A DNA stretch of 56,150 nt, filler included, from Stramenopiles sp. TOSAG23-2 (GCA_900128395.1; 4 parts of 4 records of this genome joined end to end with filler, not necessarily neighbours in it), one strand, 5' to 3'. Numbered from the whole stretch's first letter, positions 42,772 to 55,027 are shown. A program made the numbers and translations. Notes: a model not told the origin generated them from the letters alone.

Positions 42772-45700
42772 TGGTGTTGCTTTCCTACGACGTCGTTGTC
42801 TTCTATTTAATTTACCATTACAACATTTTAAATATATAAACAAACAACAAATAATACCCGCAGATGCAATGAAAAATAAAAAGGAACGTGATTTCATATT
42901 TGTTTTTTCCAACACATGCACTTCATTAATTAATTTACCTTCCAGTTGTTTTTCGAATTGACTCCAGCCATGTCCTGTATCAATTTTATCCAACAGAGGA
43001 TTTGATTCTGATAATGGACCAATACCTGCATCGTTACCATCGTCATCATCTTCCTCATCCGTTTTTCCTTGTGGTGGTGCTAATGGAGCATGTTGTGGTT
43101 TCATCTTCTTCTCATTATTATTTTGTTTCTTTGATAATTTTGATACGATTTCTTTTTCCGTTTGTTCTTTCATTGCTTTATGTACATCTTCTTCTGGTAC
43201 TGGAGGAGCCAACGGGGCATGTTTCGCCGCTATCGCATCGCCATTATTATTATTATTATTATTATTATCATCATCATGTACAAGTACATTTGGACCATCA
43301 TCTGTTGCACCTCCATTAATATTTATTTCAACAAAGTAACTACGAATTTGATATGGTGGCACTGCTAATGCATGTGATTTTTCACCACTTTGCAATCTTC
43401 TTCTTCTTGTACCACCTTTATCTTCTTCTAACTTTTGCATTGCTGCATCGGATAAAAATACACCTTCTTCTTCCGTATTTTGATTTTCATCATGATGTTC
43501 TTCTTTCACATCGACATTGGAATGATCTACCGCTTCTCCATGTGTTGGATAATGTAAGCGTTTGATTACCATATTAGATGGTTGATTTGCACTTATAGTA
43601 CGACTACGTATTTCACTCACAGCGCCATTAAATAAAAATCCTTTACCATTGTTTGCATTTGCATCTACGGTTAATTTAAACGGTTTAATTTCATTCCCAA
43701 AATTTTGTATGCGTAATAAAATATCATCCGATGCTGCATTTCTCGCTTTAATGGATAGAATATGCACGTCATCATCCAATCGACCAGCTGGTGCATACAA
43801 TCCATTATATACTTTCGTATATTCATCTAATTTTAACGGGGCAGTTTTTCCACCATCATTCCCAGCTGCTGCTTGAAAAATCACTTTATCATGTTGTAAA
43901 TGATGACGTAAACGTTTATATGTTTTATCACTTTTTTTTGGACTGTCTACTAAGATCCAAATTGGTGCCGACGTACGGCTACTATCGTGAACACCTTGTG
44001 CTAATCCACGGCCATCATCCATTCGTAATTGGCGATGTAACATAATTTCAAACGAACTTAATTTCTCACCATGTTTTAACGATGCACAACCCATTGGTTG
44101 ACGATTTAAAAATGTTATTTGTTTTGGACCTTCTTTTAATGCACCTGCAGTATTCATTGGATAAAAATTGGACGATATTGAACCATGTTTTAACGTACGT
44201 TCCCTGAAATCAGCACTATTATCCGTATAAAATTTACTATTTGTGGTTAAATCTGTTGTAAACCTAGTAACAATTTCATTATTCATATTAGCAACTGTAC
44301 TTGTTAATAATTGCACTACTTTTGATAAGACACCTTTTACTTTTAAAAGTTTCGTTGTTTGTCGAACAGGGCCATCATATAATTGAAGTATTTCTATTAC
44401 TGGGCCACCCTTACAAACCGTATATACACGGTATCTTTCACTACCACCAGCCATCGCATGTGCTTCACCATGTGGACGAAAAATATATGCACCACTTCTT
44501 GAACTAGTATAATACATATATTGTTGATCGACACCAATTTCTTTGTCAATATCACCACCAGATGCAGCTGCTGCTTTACTATTTTTTTTAATAACTTTTT
44601 TCAACATACCAGCATCTTTTTTAAAAATCACACGTACGTTATCATTTTCAATGGAAATATCACCCTCTGGAAAGCTAGTTGGCCGTTTGAATGCTGCATC
44701 ATTTGCATTGTCGTAATTTTTATTACCACCACGTAAGCGCCCACCATTACTTCCTTTTGCTTTTGTTTCCAACAAACCAGACTCACGTGTTACAAGGTAC
44801 ATTTCAATCGGTACAAAGGTTGCTACTACATCATTTAATAATCTTTGTTTACGTGTTGCTTGGCATATATAATATGTACGCAATCCTAATGGTGGTAAAT
44901 CTACTTTAAAATGTACTACATAAGTAAATGTTGGGGAATAAAAACTATGAAAATTTTGATTATCATTATGTAGCTCCGCACTAACTTGAGCTTTTACTGG
45001 TATACCTTTGTCATTTAATACAACGATACCTTTTGCTTCGTGTAAATTGGTATCATCACTTAATAAAACTTTGACTACATCTTGTCTTCTCCATCCTAAT
45101 GGATTTTGCACGATTACGGGATAACCACGTTTACCTTTCACGTGAAATGGTTTGATTTTCATCTCATCATCATCATCATCATCGTTGTTGCTATTATCAT
45201 CATCATCCGCTGCAGCACCTTTGATCAATCGAATTTTATATTCACTAGATGTAATACTAGGTAAACCTTTTGGCAAACCAGCAATTTGTCCTTTAATTAA
45301 TAAACCTTGTACTAATTTTACACTCATTTTTTTAATAGATGCTTGACTAGTAGTTAAACGTTGTAAATAATCACGTACGACGGTTTGCCTGGATGTACCA
45401 GTAATCGCATCATGATGCAATAATAACGCAGCATTTTCTCGCAACGTACGTATGTTTTTAAATTCATCTTCAAAATTAAAATTAACTAATTTATGTGGAT
45501 CAAAGGATGTATCATGACGCCCTAATACGTATAATAAATCTGCACTACGTAAGGTAGCATCTGCATTTCGTGTTTCTGCTTTTAATGTTGGCCGTGTTGT
45601 ATAATAACCCGTCCAATAACTATCACCATTATCTGCATATGGCATGAAATCTAATTGGTACAATGGAAATTGTATTGTCTTTTGCGTTGCTTCGTTGTGC

Positions 45701-46683
45701 ACTGCGGAGAAATATTCACTTAACGTGCTATACCGTGCATGTATTTTCAATTCCGTACGACGATTTAATGCTTCGATCACATGGCCCATGGAACTAAATT
45801 GCCTTGCTGCATTTTTAAATTTAAAATCATCACCAAATGGTACTAATAAATGATTTGTCATGTACGCCCGTTGTCGTTGCCTCATCATACTGGCAAATGA
45901 ACGAGCACGGCCATCTGCATTGTAGCCGGAAACTTGGGATACTCCTGGATTTTCAAAATCAAAGCCACGTGGTGCACTGTAATGTGTATGCAATACATGA
46001 GTGAAAATTCTTAAATCTAATTCCTTATTATTTGATAACTTTGCACCATCCCATAAAAATTCCATATGCCTAGTAGCTTTAAAACGTCTTTTTGTATCAA
46101 AATGTATACGATTTATCACCATCGCATCGTATCCTAACAATGCAAACAACGATGGTGTCATGGCAGAATGTCCAAATGGATCTATTTGCCAACCAATTTT
46201 TGGCCGTACACCAAATGTTTCCAATAAAAATGCATGGCCTTCAGACACTTGATTTACAACACTTTCCAACGTTGGATTTGCCTCATCATTTTGTACCCAA
46301 CCACCACCGATAAATTCCAACTGTCCACGTTGTACAAGTGTTTTAAAACGTTCACGATTTCCATGATTTTGTGTAATCCACCATCGTTTGAAAAAACTAA
46401 TTTCTGCCCATATGAATCGACGATTACGATCGGCCCATAATTGCGTCAATACACCTGATAATATATGCGATACGTCTTTTTGATAATATCGTTCAAACGT
46501 ATCCAACCATCCTGGATCACAATGGGAATGTGGTATTATATGTACATGTAATAAATCATCACTTCCTTGCACAACGTTGATGTTTGACATCAATGTAAGT
46601 ATGGATATAATGATGACAATGATGTAGTAAGTGGCCATGGTATTTGTTGTGGTTGGTTTTTTACGATTGTTATGGCTGTTCAT
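42760..46683 (-). CDS. GH38 alpha-mannosidase with signal peptide and C-terminal TM helix
   Basis: Motifs HSHCDPGW, FIWAEISFF, GGGWVQNDEA, WQIDPFGHS, PFGDDF, YWTGYYTTRP, HHDAITGT and DDGRGL.QG. Confidence 0.95.
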   Translation of the reverse strand: MNSHNNRKKPTTTNTMATYYIIVIIISILTLMSNINVVQGSDDLLHVHIIPHSHCDPGWLDTFERYYQKDVSHILSGVLTQLWADRNRRFIWAEISFFKRWWITQNHGNRERFKTLVQRGQLEFIGGGWVQNDEANPTLESVVNQVSEGHAFLLETFGVRPKIGWQIDPFGHSAMTPSLFALLGYDAMVINRIHFDTKRRFKATRHMEFLWDGAKLSNNKELDLRIFTHVLHTHYSAPRGFDFENPGVSQVSGYNADGRARSFASMMRQRQRAYMTNHLLVPFGDDFKFKNAARQFSSMGHVIEALNRRTELKIHARYSTLSEYFSAVHNEATQKTIQFPLYQLDFMPYADNGDSYWTGYYTTRPTLKAETRNADATLRSADLLYVLGRHDTSFDPHKLVNFNFEDEFKNIRTLRENAALLLHHDAITGTSRQTVVRDYLQRLTTSQASIKKMSVKLVQGLLIKGQIAGLPKGLPSITSSEYKIRLIKGAAADDDDNSNNDDDDDDEMKIKPFHVKGKRGYPVIVQNPLGWRRQDVVKVLLSDDTNLHEAKGIVVLNDKGIPVKAQVSAELHNDNQNFHSFYSPTFTYVVHFKVDLPPLGLRTYYICQATRKQRLLNDVVATFVPIEMYLVTRESGLLETKAKGSNGGRLRGGNKNYDNANDAAFKRPTSFPEGDISIENDNVRVIFKKDAGMLKKVIKKNSKAAAASGGDIDKEIGVDQQYMYYTSSRSGAYIFRPHGEAHAMAGGSERYRVYTVCKGGPVIEILQLYDGPVRQTTKLLKVKGVLSKVVQLLTSTVANMNNEIVTRFTTDLTTNSKFYTDNSADFRERTLKHGSISSNFYPMNTAGALKEGPKQITFLNRQPMGCASLKHGEKLSSFEIMLHRQLRMDDGRGLAQGVHDSSRTSAPIWILVDSPKKSDKTYKRLRHHLQHDKVIFQAAAGNDGGKTAPLKLDEYTKVYNGLYAPAGRLDDDVHILSIKARNAASDDILLRIQNFGNEIKPFKLTVDANANNGKGFLFNGAVSEIRSRTISANQPSNMVIKRLHYPTHGEAVDHSNVDVKEEHHDENQNTEEEGVFLSDAAMQKLEEDKGGTRRRRLQSGEKSHALAVPPYQIRSYFVEININGGATDDGPNVLVHDDDNNNNNNNNGDAIAAKHAPLAPPVPEEDVHKAMKEQTEKEIVSKLSKKQNNNEKKMKPQHAPLAPPQGKTDEEDDDDGNDAGIGPLSESNPLLDKIDTGHGWSQFEKQLEGKLINEVHVLEKTNMKSRSFLFFIASAGIICCLFIYLKCCNGKLNRRQRRRRKATPKRA

Positions 46684-47409
46684 TGTTGTTGTTGCTGCTG
46701 TTGTTGAAGTAATATATATAGGATTATTTAACTGTATATATTTTGTCGTTTTATTTTAATAAAATCCCAAAAAAAAAAATATTATAAAATGAAGGATGGA
46801 TGATGATGTGATGGTCAAAAAATAATAAAATAAAAGAATAAAAAATTTAATAATATATTAATAAATCAAACACCAAGACAAAAACAAATTGATAAATGAT
46901 GTGATATTATGACCTATCTACTTCAATTTTTAATGTCTTTTTCCCTCTTGTTATGTATATTATATGGTATACACATTTGTATCAATTTATTTATTTTGGA
47001 TTGATTCCTTGAAATTTTTAATTATTTATATTATATATGTAAAATGACATCGATTGTATCTTTGTAGTTGCTATAGTGTGTTGTTATATTATTGGAATGA
47101 ATTGAAATGCCAATTTCAATATATAATAGGTGTGGATAGATGGCCATTAATCTACTCTATTTAATCACGAGATTTTAGTGGACGGGAAAATTATTATAGA
47201 AAATCTGCACTCAAAATGGTTTGTTTACCTATCAAATTACAAATAATTTGTACTTGAATGCGACATTAGAATAATACTATTATCTATAATTTTTAGAAAA
47301 AACTCCTTAATTGTTTTTTCATTTTTTTTTTTTGACTTGCATCAAAGGAAGTCGTTTTTACACGTGTGCTCACTTTCTACTTAATATATATTTTCAAATA
47401 TTACTATAG

Positions 47410-48011
47410 ATGATATCATAAATCTTCATACCACAACGAAAAAAACATTAAGTGGTAGAAAAAAAACAACTCGACGTTGGTTTTGTCCTAATTTTAATTG
47501 CAATCAAGAAATTGATTTATGGGATACAACTATTTTACGTTGTACTAATAAATTAAGAGGTACAAATGAACCATGTGATTATTTTAAACCAACAACGATG
47601 CCGATACGTAAAGTAGATAAAACGTTTTGTTGTGAAATATGTGGTAAATGGTTCAAACAAAAAAACGATTTAAAAGTACATACAATTACACATGGTATGG
47701 ATCGACCATATCCATGCAAATATGCCTCAAAAGGATGTAAATTACGTTTTAAAAATAGTAGTAATGCAAGTAAACATCAGAAAAATTCATGTCGTTTTGG
47801 TCCAAGAGAACGTAGGCATAAGTGCCCACAATGTTATAAATGTTATGCAAGGAAACAAGATTTAAAAGATCATATCCAAAATGTCCATGTACGTAAAAAA
47901 GGCGATCCAAAAGCATGCCCATGTCCTATACCTGGTTGCCCAAAAGCATATCCAAATGGTTATGCCAATAAAGCAAATTTATCAAGGCATATAAAATCAG
48001 TGCATAAGTGA
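47410..48011 (+). CDS. C2H2 zinc-finger protein (4 fingers); 5' end probably in an upstream exon
   Basis: CEICGKWF...HTITH, CKYASKGC...HQKNSC, CPQCYK...HIQNVH and CPIPGC...HIKSVH. The frame is open upstream of ATG 47598 to a candidate acceptor (ttactatAG, 47409). Confidence 0.75.
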
Positions 48012-48294
48012 TTTGTGAAGATAATTCGAACCAGAAGAAGTAGTATAAATAATGTATGAGAGGAAATGTGTAGTGTAAGAGGTTGAAGAAAGCTGTTTTG
48101 AAAGTGTTTGGTGGTGTATGATGAGTGTGATGATTACACAGAGTGCGGGTTGTGTGATCTGTTGTGAAAGAGAGTTGAAAATTGTGTGGGAGTTAAAAAA
48201 CGAAAATTACGAAAAGCGCAACACGTGTATTTTTAGAGAATTTATTAAATATATATGTCAATTAGCTACACGAGTTACAAGTATAAAATTTTAT

Positions 48295-48952
48295 NNNNNN
48301 NNNNNNNNNNNNNNNNNNNNNNNNNNNNNNNNNNNNNNNNNNNNNNNNNNNNNNNNNNNNNNNNNNNNNNNNNNNNNNNNNNNNNNNNNNNNNNNNNNNN
48401 NNNNNNNNNNNNNNNNNNNNNNNNNNNNNNNNNNNNNNNNNNNNNNNNNNNNNNNNNNNNNNNNNNNNNNNNNNNNNNNNNNNNNNNNNNNNNNNNNNNN
48501 NNNNNNNNNNNNNNNNNNNNNNNNNNNNNNNNNNNNNNNNNNNNNNNNNNNNNNNNNNNNNNNNNNNNNNNNNNNNNNNNNNNNNNNNNNNNNNNNNNNN
48601 NNNNNNNNNNNNNNNNNNNNNNNNNNNNNNNNNNNNNNNNNNNNNNNNNNNNNNNNNNNNNNNNNNNNNNNNNNNNNNNNNNNNNNNNNNNNNNNNNNNN
48701 NNNNNNNNNNNNNNNNNNNNNNNNNNNNNNNNNNNNNNNNNNNNNNNNNNNNNNNNNNNNNNNNNNNNNNNNNNNNNNNNNNNNNNNNNNNNNNNNNNNN
48801 NNNNNNNNNNNNNNNNNNNNNNNNNNNNNNNNNNNNNNNNNNNNNNNNNNNNNNNNNNNNNNNNNNNNNNNNNNNNNNNNNNNNNNNNNNNNNNNNNNNN
48901 NNNNNNNNNNNNNNNNNNNNNNNNNNNNNNNNNNNNNNNNNNNNNNNNNNNN
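48295..48952. other. Scaffold gap (658 N)
   Basis: Run of N with no stop-codon linker. Confidence 0.98.
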
Positions 48953-48984
48953 GTAAAAACTTGTCGTAGGTTGTTTATAACGTT

Positions 48985-49987
48985 TTACAAACCACTATTA
49001 CTCTTAGTACCAATACTTTCACTATCCATACTACTTATAATTAATAATAATATTTGATATGCATCCATCATTTCTGATAATAATGCATATTCATTATCGG
49101 CATGATATGTTTTACTTAGACCATATCCAGTAATTTGTATATCAAAACCAGCAGTTTGCATTTCTTTTACTAATGGCAATGAACCTGTAATTGCATATGG
49201 TTCCGCAGAACCTTTTACTTTCGCAGTTGCATCAATAATAGCTTGTAAACCAGGTGAGTTTAAATTACATGCAATTCCTTCCATGGAACGTATTTCTGAC
49301 ATTTCACCACTCCATTTGAATTCCAATACACCACGTTTTACATCGACATCTTCCCCTTCCAATGTATATTTACTACATGGTCCACGTGTTGGTAAATATT
49401 GTATATTTTTATTTAAATCTTCCACGTATTCATTTACTTTTTTCACAACTTCCATTGCATCGTAAAATGGTGTTAAACGTATATCACCACTTATCGTTGT
49501 CCATGGTGGTAATTGATTTAATGCACCTTTTGCACATTCCATTTGTGTTGGTTTCATTGTTGATGGCGTTGCAAAATTGTATTTTTTCTCATCTGGATGT
49601 GGTGGAAAATCAGCATAAAAACGTTTTTGTATTTCCGCTAATGCTTCCATTCCCAATTCCAATGAATTGATACCTTTATGTGGTAATCCAGAATGAAATA
49701 AACGTCCAGTTGTTTTTAAATGCCATTGCAATGCACCTGCTGTACCAACACATGGTTGTGAATCTGCACTATCAACCCAGAAACATGGTCCCTGATATGT
49801 TATTATTTTTGTACATACATGTATATGTTTTTTGTTAGTTGTCTTGTCGTATATAATTATTATGATGATGATGACGGGAAATGGAATGAGGTGAAGTATA
49901 TATATGCGAAAGGTACAAGGGTAGCTACATATGTTATAATATGAAACATAAATATCAAATATCCCATGCGATGTAATTGGTAACTGC

Positions 49988-50019
<32 letters not shown>

Positions 50020-50919
50020 GATCATATTGTTGATGGTGATGATCGTTCGATTTCATTTGATACTAAAAGTGATTCACATGTAATAATACTAATGCATTTG
50101 CACAAATCAAATTTATTTGCAAAGAGACGACTGATAAGTTTATTATATAATATACCTATGCATGTGAATGATTTCACAAATCAAATTCAAATTTCATCAT
50201 TTAAAAAAATAATTGAACTAGAAACATACAATTGATCTTGTATGTATGTGTGTGTGTATATATATATATATGTAAAGAGAAGACTGGAAGATATATATTC
50301 GACAGGGTAAGTAAAAGATTCAATTGGTACATACATTTTTCAATTCTTCCATATCACCACGTGCAACTACTTGATCAACACCGACACCATGTTCACCACC
50401 TTCTTCACCACATATAAAGATAACAACAACAGTTTTATTTAATTTCACATTACGTTTTGCTAAATCACACATTAAACGTGTTAATAAACATACATGTCCT
50501 AAACAATCTGTTGTACCACGTCCATATAATTTATCACCTTCTTTGATTAATTTAAACGGATCACGTTGCCATGTTTCAGGATTTGCTGGGACAACATCCA
50601 TATGCGAACCAATGATACCAATTGTACTATTTGTTAAACCAGGTAATTTAATTTTAATATTTGGACGATTTGGTACATATTCCAATTTTGTCACTTCCAA
50701 TGGTCCACCATTTTCAGTAGTAAATGGTTCCAACTCTTTAAATATATGTTTTGCTACTTTACCTTCTTCTGGTATCAATCCACCACGTGGATTATTTTGC
50801 ACATATTTCGATTCACCAATAACTTTTGTTAATAATGTTAAGAAAATATCTTCTTCCATGTTCATATCTTTTAATGCTTCCAAATAGTCAATTTGACGTG
50901 GTTTTGGAAATGCGGACAT
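48985..50919 (-). CDS. argE: Acetylornithine deacetylase (M20 family), two exons: 50919..50335 and 49791..48985
   Basis: Motifs GSHMDVV, GRGTTDCLGH, GEE, FHSGLPH, GSLPLV and YHADNE. A GT..AG intron at 49792..50334 (543 bp, phase 0) joins EELKN|GPCFWVD, giving 463 aa. Confidence 0.92.
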
Positions 50920-51285
50920 GATGATTAATTTATTATGTTTGATAATACTTTATGTTTTTTTATGTCTTCTTTATAAATTTATTTATTTAATAATAATTTT
51001 TTTTTGTTTTGTTTGTTGTTGTTGTATATAATACTATTACTATGCTTTATACATATATATATATATATATTTATATAATCGTAATTGTATATTTGTATAT
51101 ATATTATATATATGATGATGATTAATGTTTTTACTACTTTAAAACTTGTTTTTTTTTACATTTTTTAGTTCAAAAATAAAATAGACAAAATACAAAATGT
51201 AGAAAAAAAAAAAGAAACATACAAAAACATAAAACATGTAAATAATAATAATAAGAAAGAAAAATAATACCGATAAAAACACACA

Positions 51286-53271
51286 ATGACGGAAGAATCA
51301 CGTATCAATTTATTTTTACATTCAGAAAATACAAGAATATTTGGTATAAATGAACCACAACATTTACCAATTATAATCATTTCTGGTTTTTTAGGTAGTG
51401 GTAAAACGACATTATTAAAAGAATTATTATTAAATAAACAAAATTTAAAAATTGCAGCTGCTATCAATGACTTTGGGGAGATCAATATCGATAGTGAATT
51501 GATACAAGTGACAAAAAAAGCTGCGAAAACAATTAATCTAGCAAATGGTTGTATCTGTTGTTCCGTATTAAATGATTTAACAACAACAGTATGGAATTTA
51601 ATTCAAGAAAATGATGCAACACAAAATTATGATTATATTGTAATTGAAACATCAGGTGTTACCGATCCAAAAAATATTATAGCATCTTTAGATGCATCGT
51701 TTGGTAAAATGTATCGCGCACGCTTAGATAATGTTATCTGTATGATAGATTGTGATAGTTGGGACGATTCAACCGTTGCATCGCAAAATCAAATTAAATA
51801 TGCTGATACAATCATTTTAAATAAAATTGATTTATTAGTAAATAATAAGAAAGAAGCAGTACATGATGATGATTTTTCTTCGAATTCTTCGAATACGAAT
51901 AATAATAATGATGATGATGTCAAGACTAAATTAGATGAATTGAAAAATAAAATATATAAATATACTACAAATCGTAAAGGAATTCAAATTCTTGAAGCTA
52001 GTTATGGCAAAGTACCAGTTAAACAATTATTAGATGTATTTGATGGCCATGATGATCAAAAAAGGCAGAAAACGGATGATGGTGTATCCCATGAAAAGAT
52101 TGATATACCATATTATGTCAATAAAATACCAACTGGATGGCATCGAAATATTAATGAAGAAGACGATGATGATCATCATCACGACGACGACGACAATCAT
52201 CATCACGATCATTCCAAACATGATACTGATAAGAATCATTTACAACAAGATCAATTCATAACATGTTCCATTGTAAATAATACCAAACCAATTTTAATTG
52301 AAAATTTTATTAATTTTGTTGCAACAATACCATTAAATACATTAAAGCGTTCAAAAGGTATTTTATGGTTATGTGAATCGGATTACAATGAAGATGATCG
52401 TAGTAGTAGTAGTAATAATAATAATAGTGCATGTAATATTCAATTGTATCGTGCAACATTTCATATGTCTGGTCGTTCACCTGGTCGATGGTCATTTCAA
52501 TTAGAAAATAAATGGAACAGTGCACCAGAAAGTAAATTGGTTTTTATAGGTCGTACATCCGATAATAATAATAATGACAATACAACAACATTATCGTTTT
52601 TAAATGATACAAATAAAATGAAATATGATTTATTTGATAAGAAAAATAAAATAATAATAAAACATGAGGAGGAGGAGGAGGAAGAACAGTCATCGAAATC
52701 ATCAGTCTTGAAGAATGTATATGATAAGATTATACAAACATTTCTATCATCATCACAACAAACAGAAGAAGAAAATGATGGTGACGGTGGTAACACAAAT
52801 AAAAACATATTTACCATCTATCATAATGAAAATACAAATGTATTGTATATACGCTTGAATGCAAGTATCTATCAATATAAAAATGATATGGATGTACAAA
52901 GAAATACACGTATTAAAATGGATCAAGTCAATGAAATGTTTTTAAATTTAATCAATTCCTCATTAGATATACCAAAAATTTTCATACCATCATGTTATCT
53001 TGATTTAAATGAATTAAAGGGGGAGAAACTGGCAATAACGTTATTATGTGGTGGTGGTAGTAGTAGTAGTAGCAGTGATAAAGGAACCGAAGATGACGAC
53101 GATACATTGAAATTTGTATTATGTATCCCATTGAATATATTCATCGATGATCAGAATAGGATTAATGTAAATGATGTGAAATTAAATTATTGGTATCATA
53201 CATTGAAACGGGAAGGTCATACTGCATTGAAAATTGCATTTAAAAATGTTAAAGTTTGTAAATGTGATTGA
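51286..53271 (+). CDS. COG0523/CobW-family G3E GTPase (putative zinc metallochaperone)
   Basis: Motifs GFLGSGKTT, INDFGEINID, NGCICC, IETSG and LNKID. His/Asp-rich tract and CobW_C-like RSKGILW. Confidence 0.92.
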   Translation: MTEESRINLFLHSENTRIFGINEPQHLPIIIISGFLGSGKTTLLKELLLNKQNLKIAAAINDFGEINIDSELIQVTKKAAKTINLANGCICCSVLNDLTTTVWNLIQENDATQNYDYIVIETSGVTDPKNIIASLDASFGKMYRARLDNVICMIDCDSWDDSTVASQNQIKYADTIILNKIDLLVNNKKEAVHDDDFSSNSSNTNNNNDDDVKTKLDELKNKIYKYTTNRKGIQILEASYGKVPVKQLLDVFDGHDDQKRQKTDDGVSHEKIDIPYYVNKIPTGWHRNINEEDDDDHHHDDDDNHHHDHSKHDTDKNHLQQDQFITCSIVNNTKPILIENFINFVATIPLNTLKRSKGILWLCESDYNEDDRSSSSNNNNSACNIQLYRATFHMSGRSPGRWSFQLENKWNSAPESKLVFIGRTSDNNNNDNTTTLSFLNDTNKMKYDLFDKKNKIIIKHEEEEEEEQSSKSSVLKNVYDKIIQTFLSSSQQTEEENDGDGGNTNKNIFTIYHNENTNVLYIRLNASIYQYKNDMDVQRNTRIKMDQVNEMFLNLINSSLDIPKIFIPSCYLDLNELKGEKLAITLLCGGGSSSSSSDKGTEDDDDTLKFVLCIPLNIFIDDQNRINVNDVKLNYWYHTLKREGHTALKIAFKNVKVCKCD

Positions 53272-53564
53272 GAGAGAAGAATGAGGTTACTGTACCTCAT
53301 TATAATTGATGATCAGAATATGATATCATTATGTTGAATGAAAATGTAAAAAACGATGTGAAAAATATATCTCCTTGCACACGCGAAAAGATATTTTTTT
53401 ACACCCGTATATATTTACTTAGCACGGGAAGTAAAAATATTAATAGAGCTTAGATTTTAACCACATCATATTATATCTTACAGTGAAACGGGAAGTTCAT
53501 TTTAATCCATTGAACATCGTATTCTAAAAGTTAGAGTCGACGAAGGATTTCTCAGTGTATAAAA

Positions 53565-53823
53565 GTGATATTAAAATATTCGTATTTAATTTAAAAAATT
53601 GACAAGCACAAATGCGCATTATATTTCTTATTTTATCCACTCTTTTTAAAATATGGCATCACACACAACACACACACACAATCTTTCTCTTTTGGTGATA
53701 TTAAAATATTCGTATTTAATTTAAAAAATTGACAAGCACAAATGCGCATATATTTCTTATTTTATCCACTCTTTTTAAAATATGGCATCACATACAACAC
53801 ACACACACAATCTTTCTCCTTTG
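53565..53823. repeat. Imperfect tandem duplication, 2 x ~130 bp
   Basis: gtgatattaaaatattcgtatttaat... occurs at 53565 and 53695. Confidence 0.9.
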
Positions 53824-54106
53824 AGGTTTTTCATGTTCTTCACACACTTTTCAATCTTTTTTATACTTAAAATCAAATACACTTCTCGTCGTATATTTTT
53901 ATATGTAACATCATTTATCAGTATATCAAAATATTTTTTTTCTTCATTTTTTTTTTTACAAAAATATCAATATTTACTACTATGTCTTTCTTTTTATATA
54001 TATTATATATATATATATATGTGTAGCAAATTATTTTATTATTACACTTATGTTTTTGCTGACCTATATTCTTCATACATACATATTTCGTGTGTATACA
54101 TATTTT

Positions 54107-55027
54107 TTACTTGGTATGTTTACTACTACCATCAACTCTTTCCAATAAATTTAATAATAATGAATCTGCATTTAAAAATACACGATTTCTTGAACGTGCA
54201 ATTGTTTGTGCAACTTCCTTTGCAACTTCCAATCGTCTTAATTCAATGAAACCTGGATCATCTTTCATTGCACTACCAATCAATTCAGCACTTTTTGCTT
54301 GACCTTGTGCGGTAATTATAATACTACGTTTTTCTTCCAATGCTTTTTCCACAATGTATTTGGAACGTTCCGCATCTTGCTGTGCCACTTGTTTTGCCTC
54401 AACTGCACCACGAAATTCTGCACTAAATTTTAATTCTGTTAACGCAACATCATCCATAATAATATCAAATTCTTGTGCACGTTCTATCAACGATTCTTTA
54501 ATGCGTCGACTAACTTGTTCCCGTTGCGTCAATAATTGCGTTGCATTGTATTGCGCTACAACCATTTTGCAAACTTCGTTCACAATCGATGGTAATACCC
54601 TATCATCATAATCCAATCCTAATTTTTCATACATTTGTGGCAATGAAGTAACACGTGGACGTGTCAATACACGTAAGTTTAAGTTTACCATTTGTAAATC
54701 TTTGGAGCCTGTCAATGAATGTATATTACGTGGTCTTTTCCTGATATCATATATAATCGGCCTTTCAATAAACGGTATTAAAAAATGTGTTCCTGGATCT
54801 ACCGTTTGGTCTTTGATGCCGGAGATACGACTATATATAACGGCAACGTGACCTGGTTGTACATCATATAATGCGGAATATCCTAAATATGCTGCACCAG
54901 CTGTTAAACCAGTAATTTTTAATACTGCACTTAATAATGGGGATGGGCCATCACCACCACCACCTCCACCACCGCGGGAGGCGACATCTTTTACTTTATT
55001 CATTGCTTCTCTTGCTGCACGTGCCAT
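54107..55027 (-). CDS. PHB2: Prohibitin 2
   Basis: Motifs PIIYDIR..PR, SLTGSKDLQMVN, LG.DYDDRVLPSIVNEV.K.VVAQYNA.QL.TQRE.VS, AVEAKQVAQQDAER and NRVFLNADSLLLNL. Confidence 0.95.
   Translation of the reverse strand: MARAAREAMNKVKDVASRGGGGGGGDGPSPLLSAVLKITGLTAGAAYLGYSALYDVQPGHVAVIYSRISGIKDQTVDPGTHFLIPFIERPIIYDIRKRPRNIHSLTGSKDLQMVNLNLRVLTRPRVTSLPQMYEKLGLDYDDRVLPSIVNEVCKMVVAQYNATQLLTQREQVSRRIKESLIERAQEFDIIMDDVALTELKFSAEFRGAVEAKQVAQQDAERSKYIVEKALEEKRSIIITAQGQAKSAELIGSAMKDDPGFIELRRLEVAKEVAQTIARSRNRVFLNADSLLLNLLERVDGSSKHTK

Noticed and set aside
48118..48969. ORFs of 283 and 233 aa
   Set aside because: They consist mostly of the N gap.
49792..50025. N-terminal part of the 346-aa ORF (MIVCIYIYIY...)
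   Set aside because: It is intron sequence read through a (TA)n tract.
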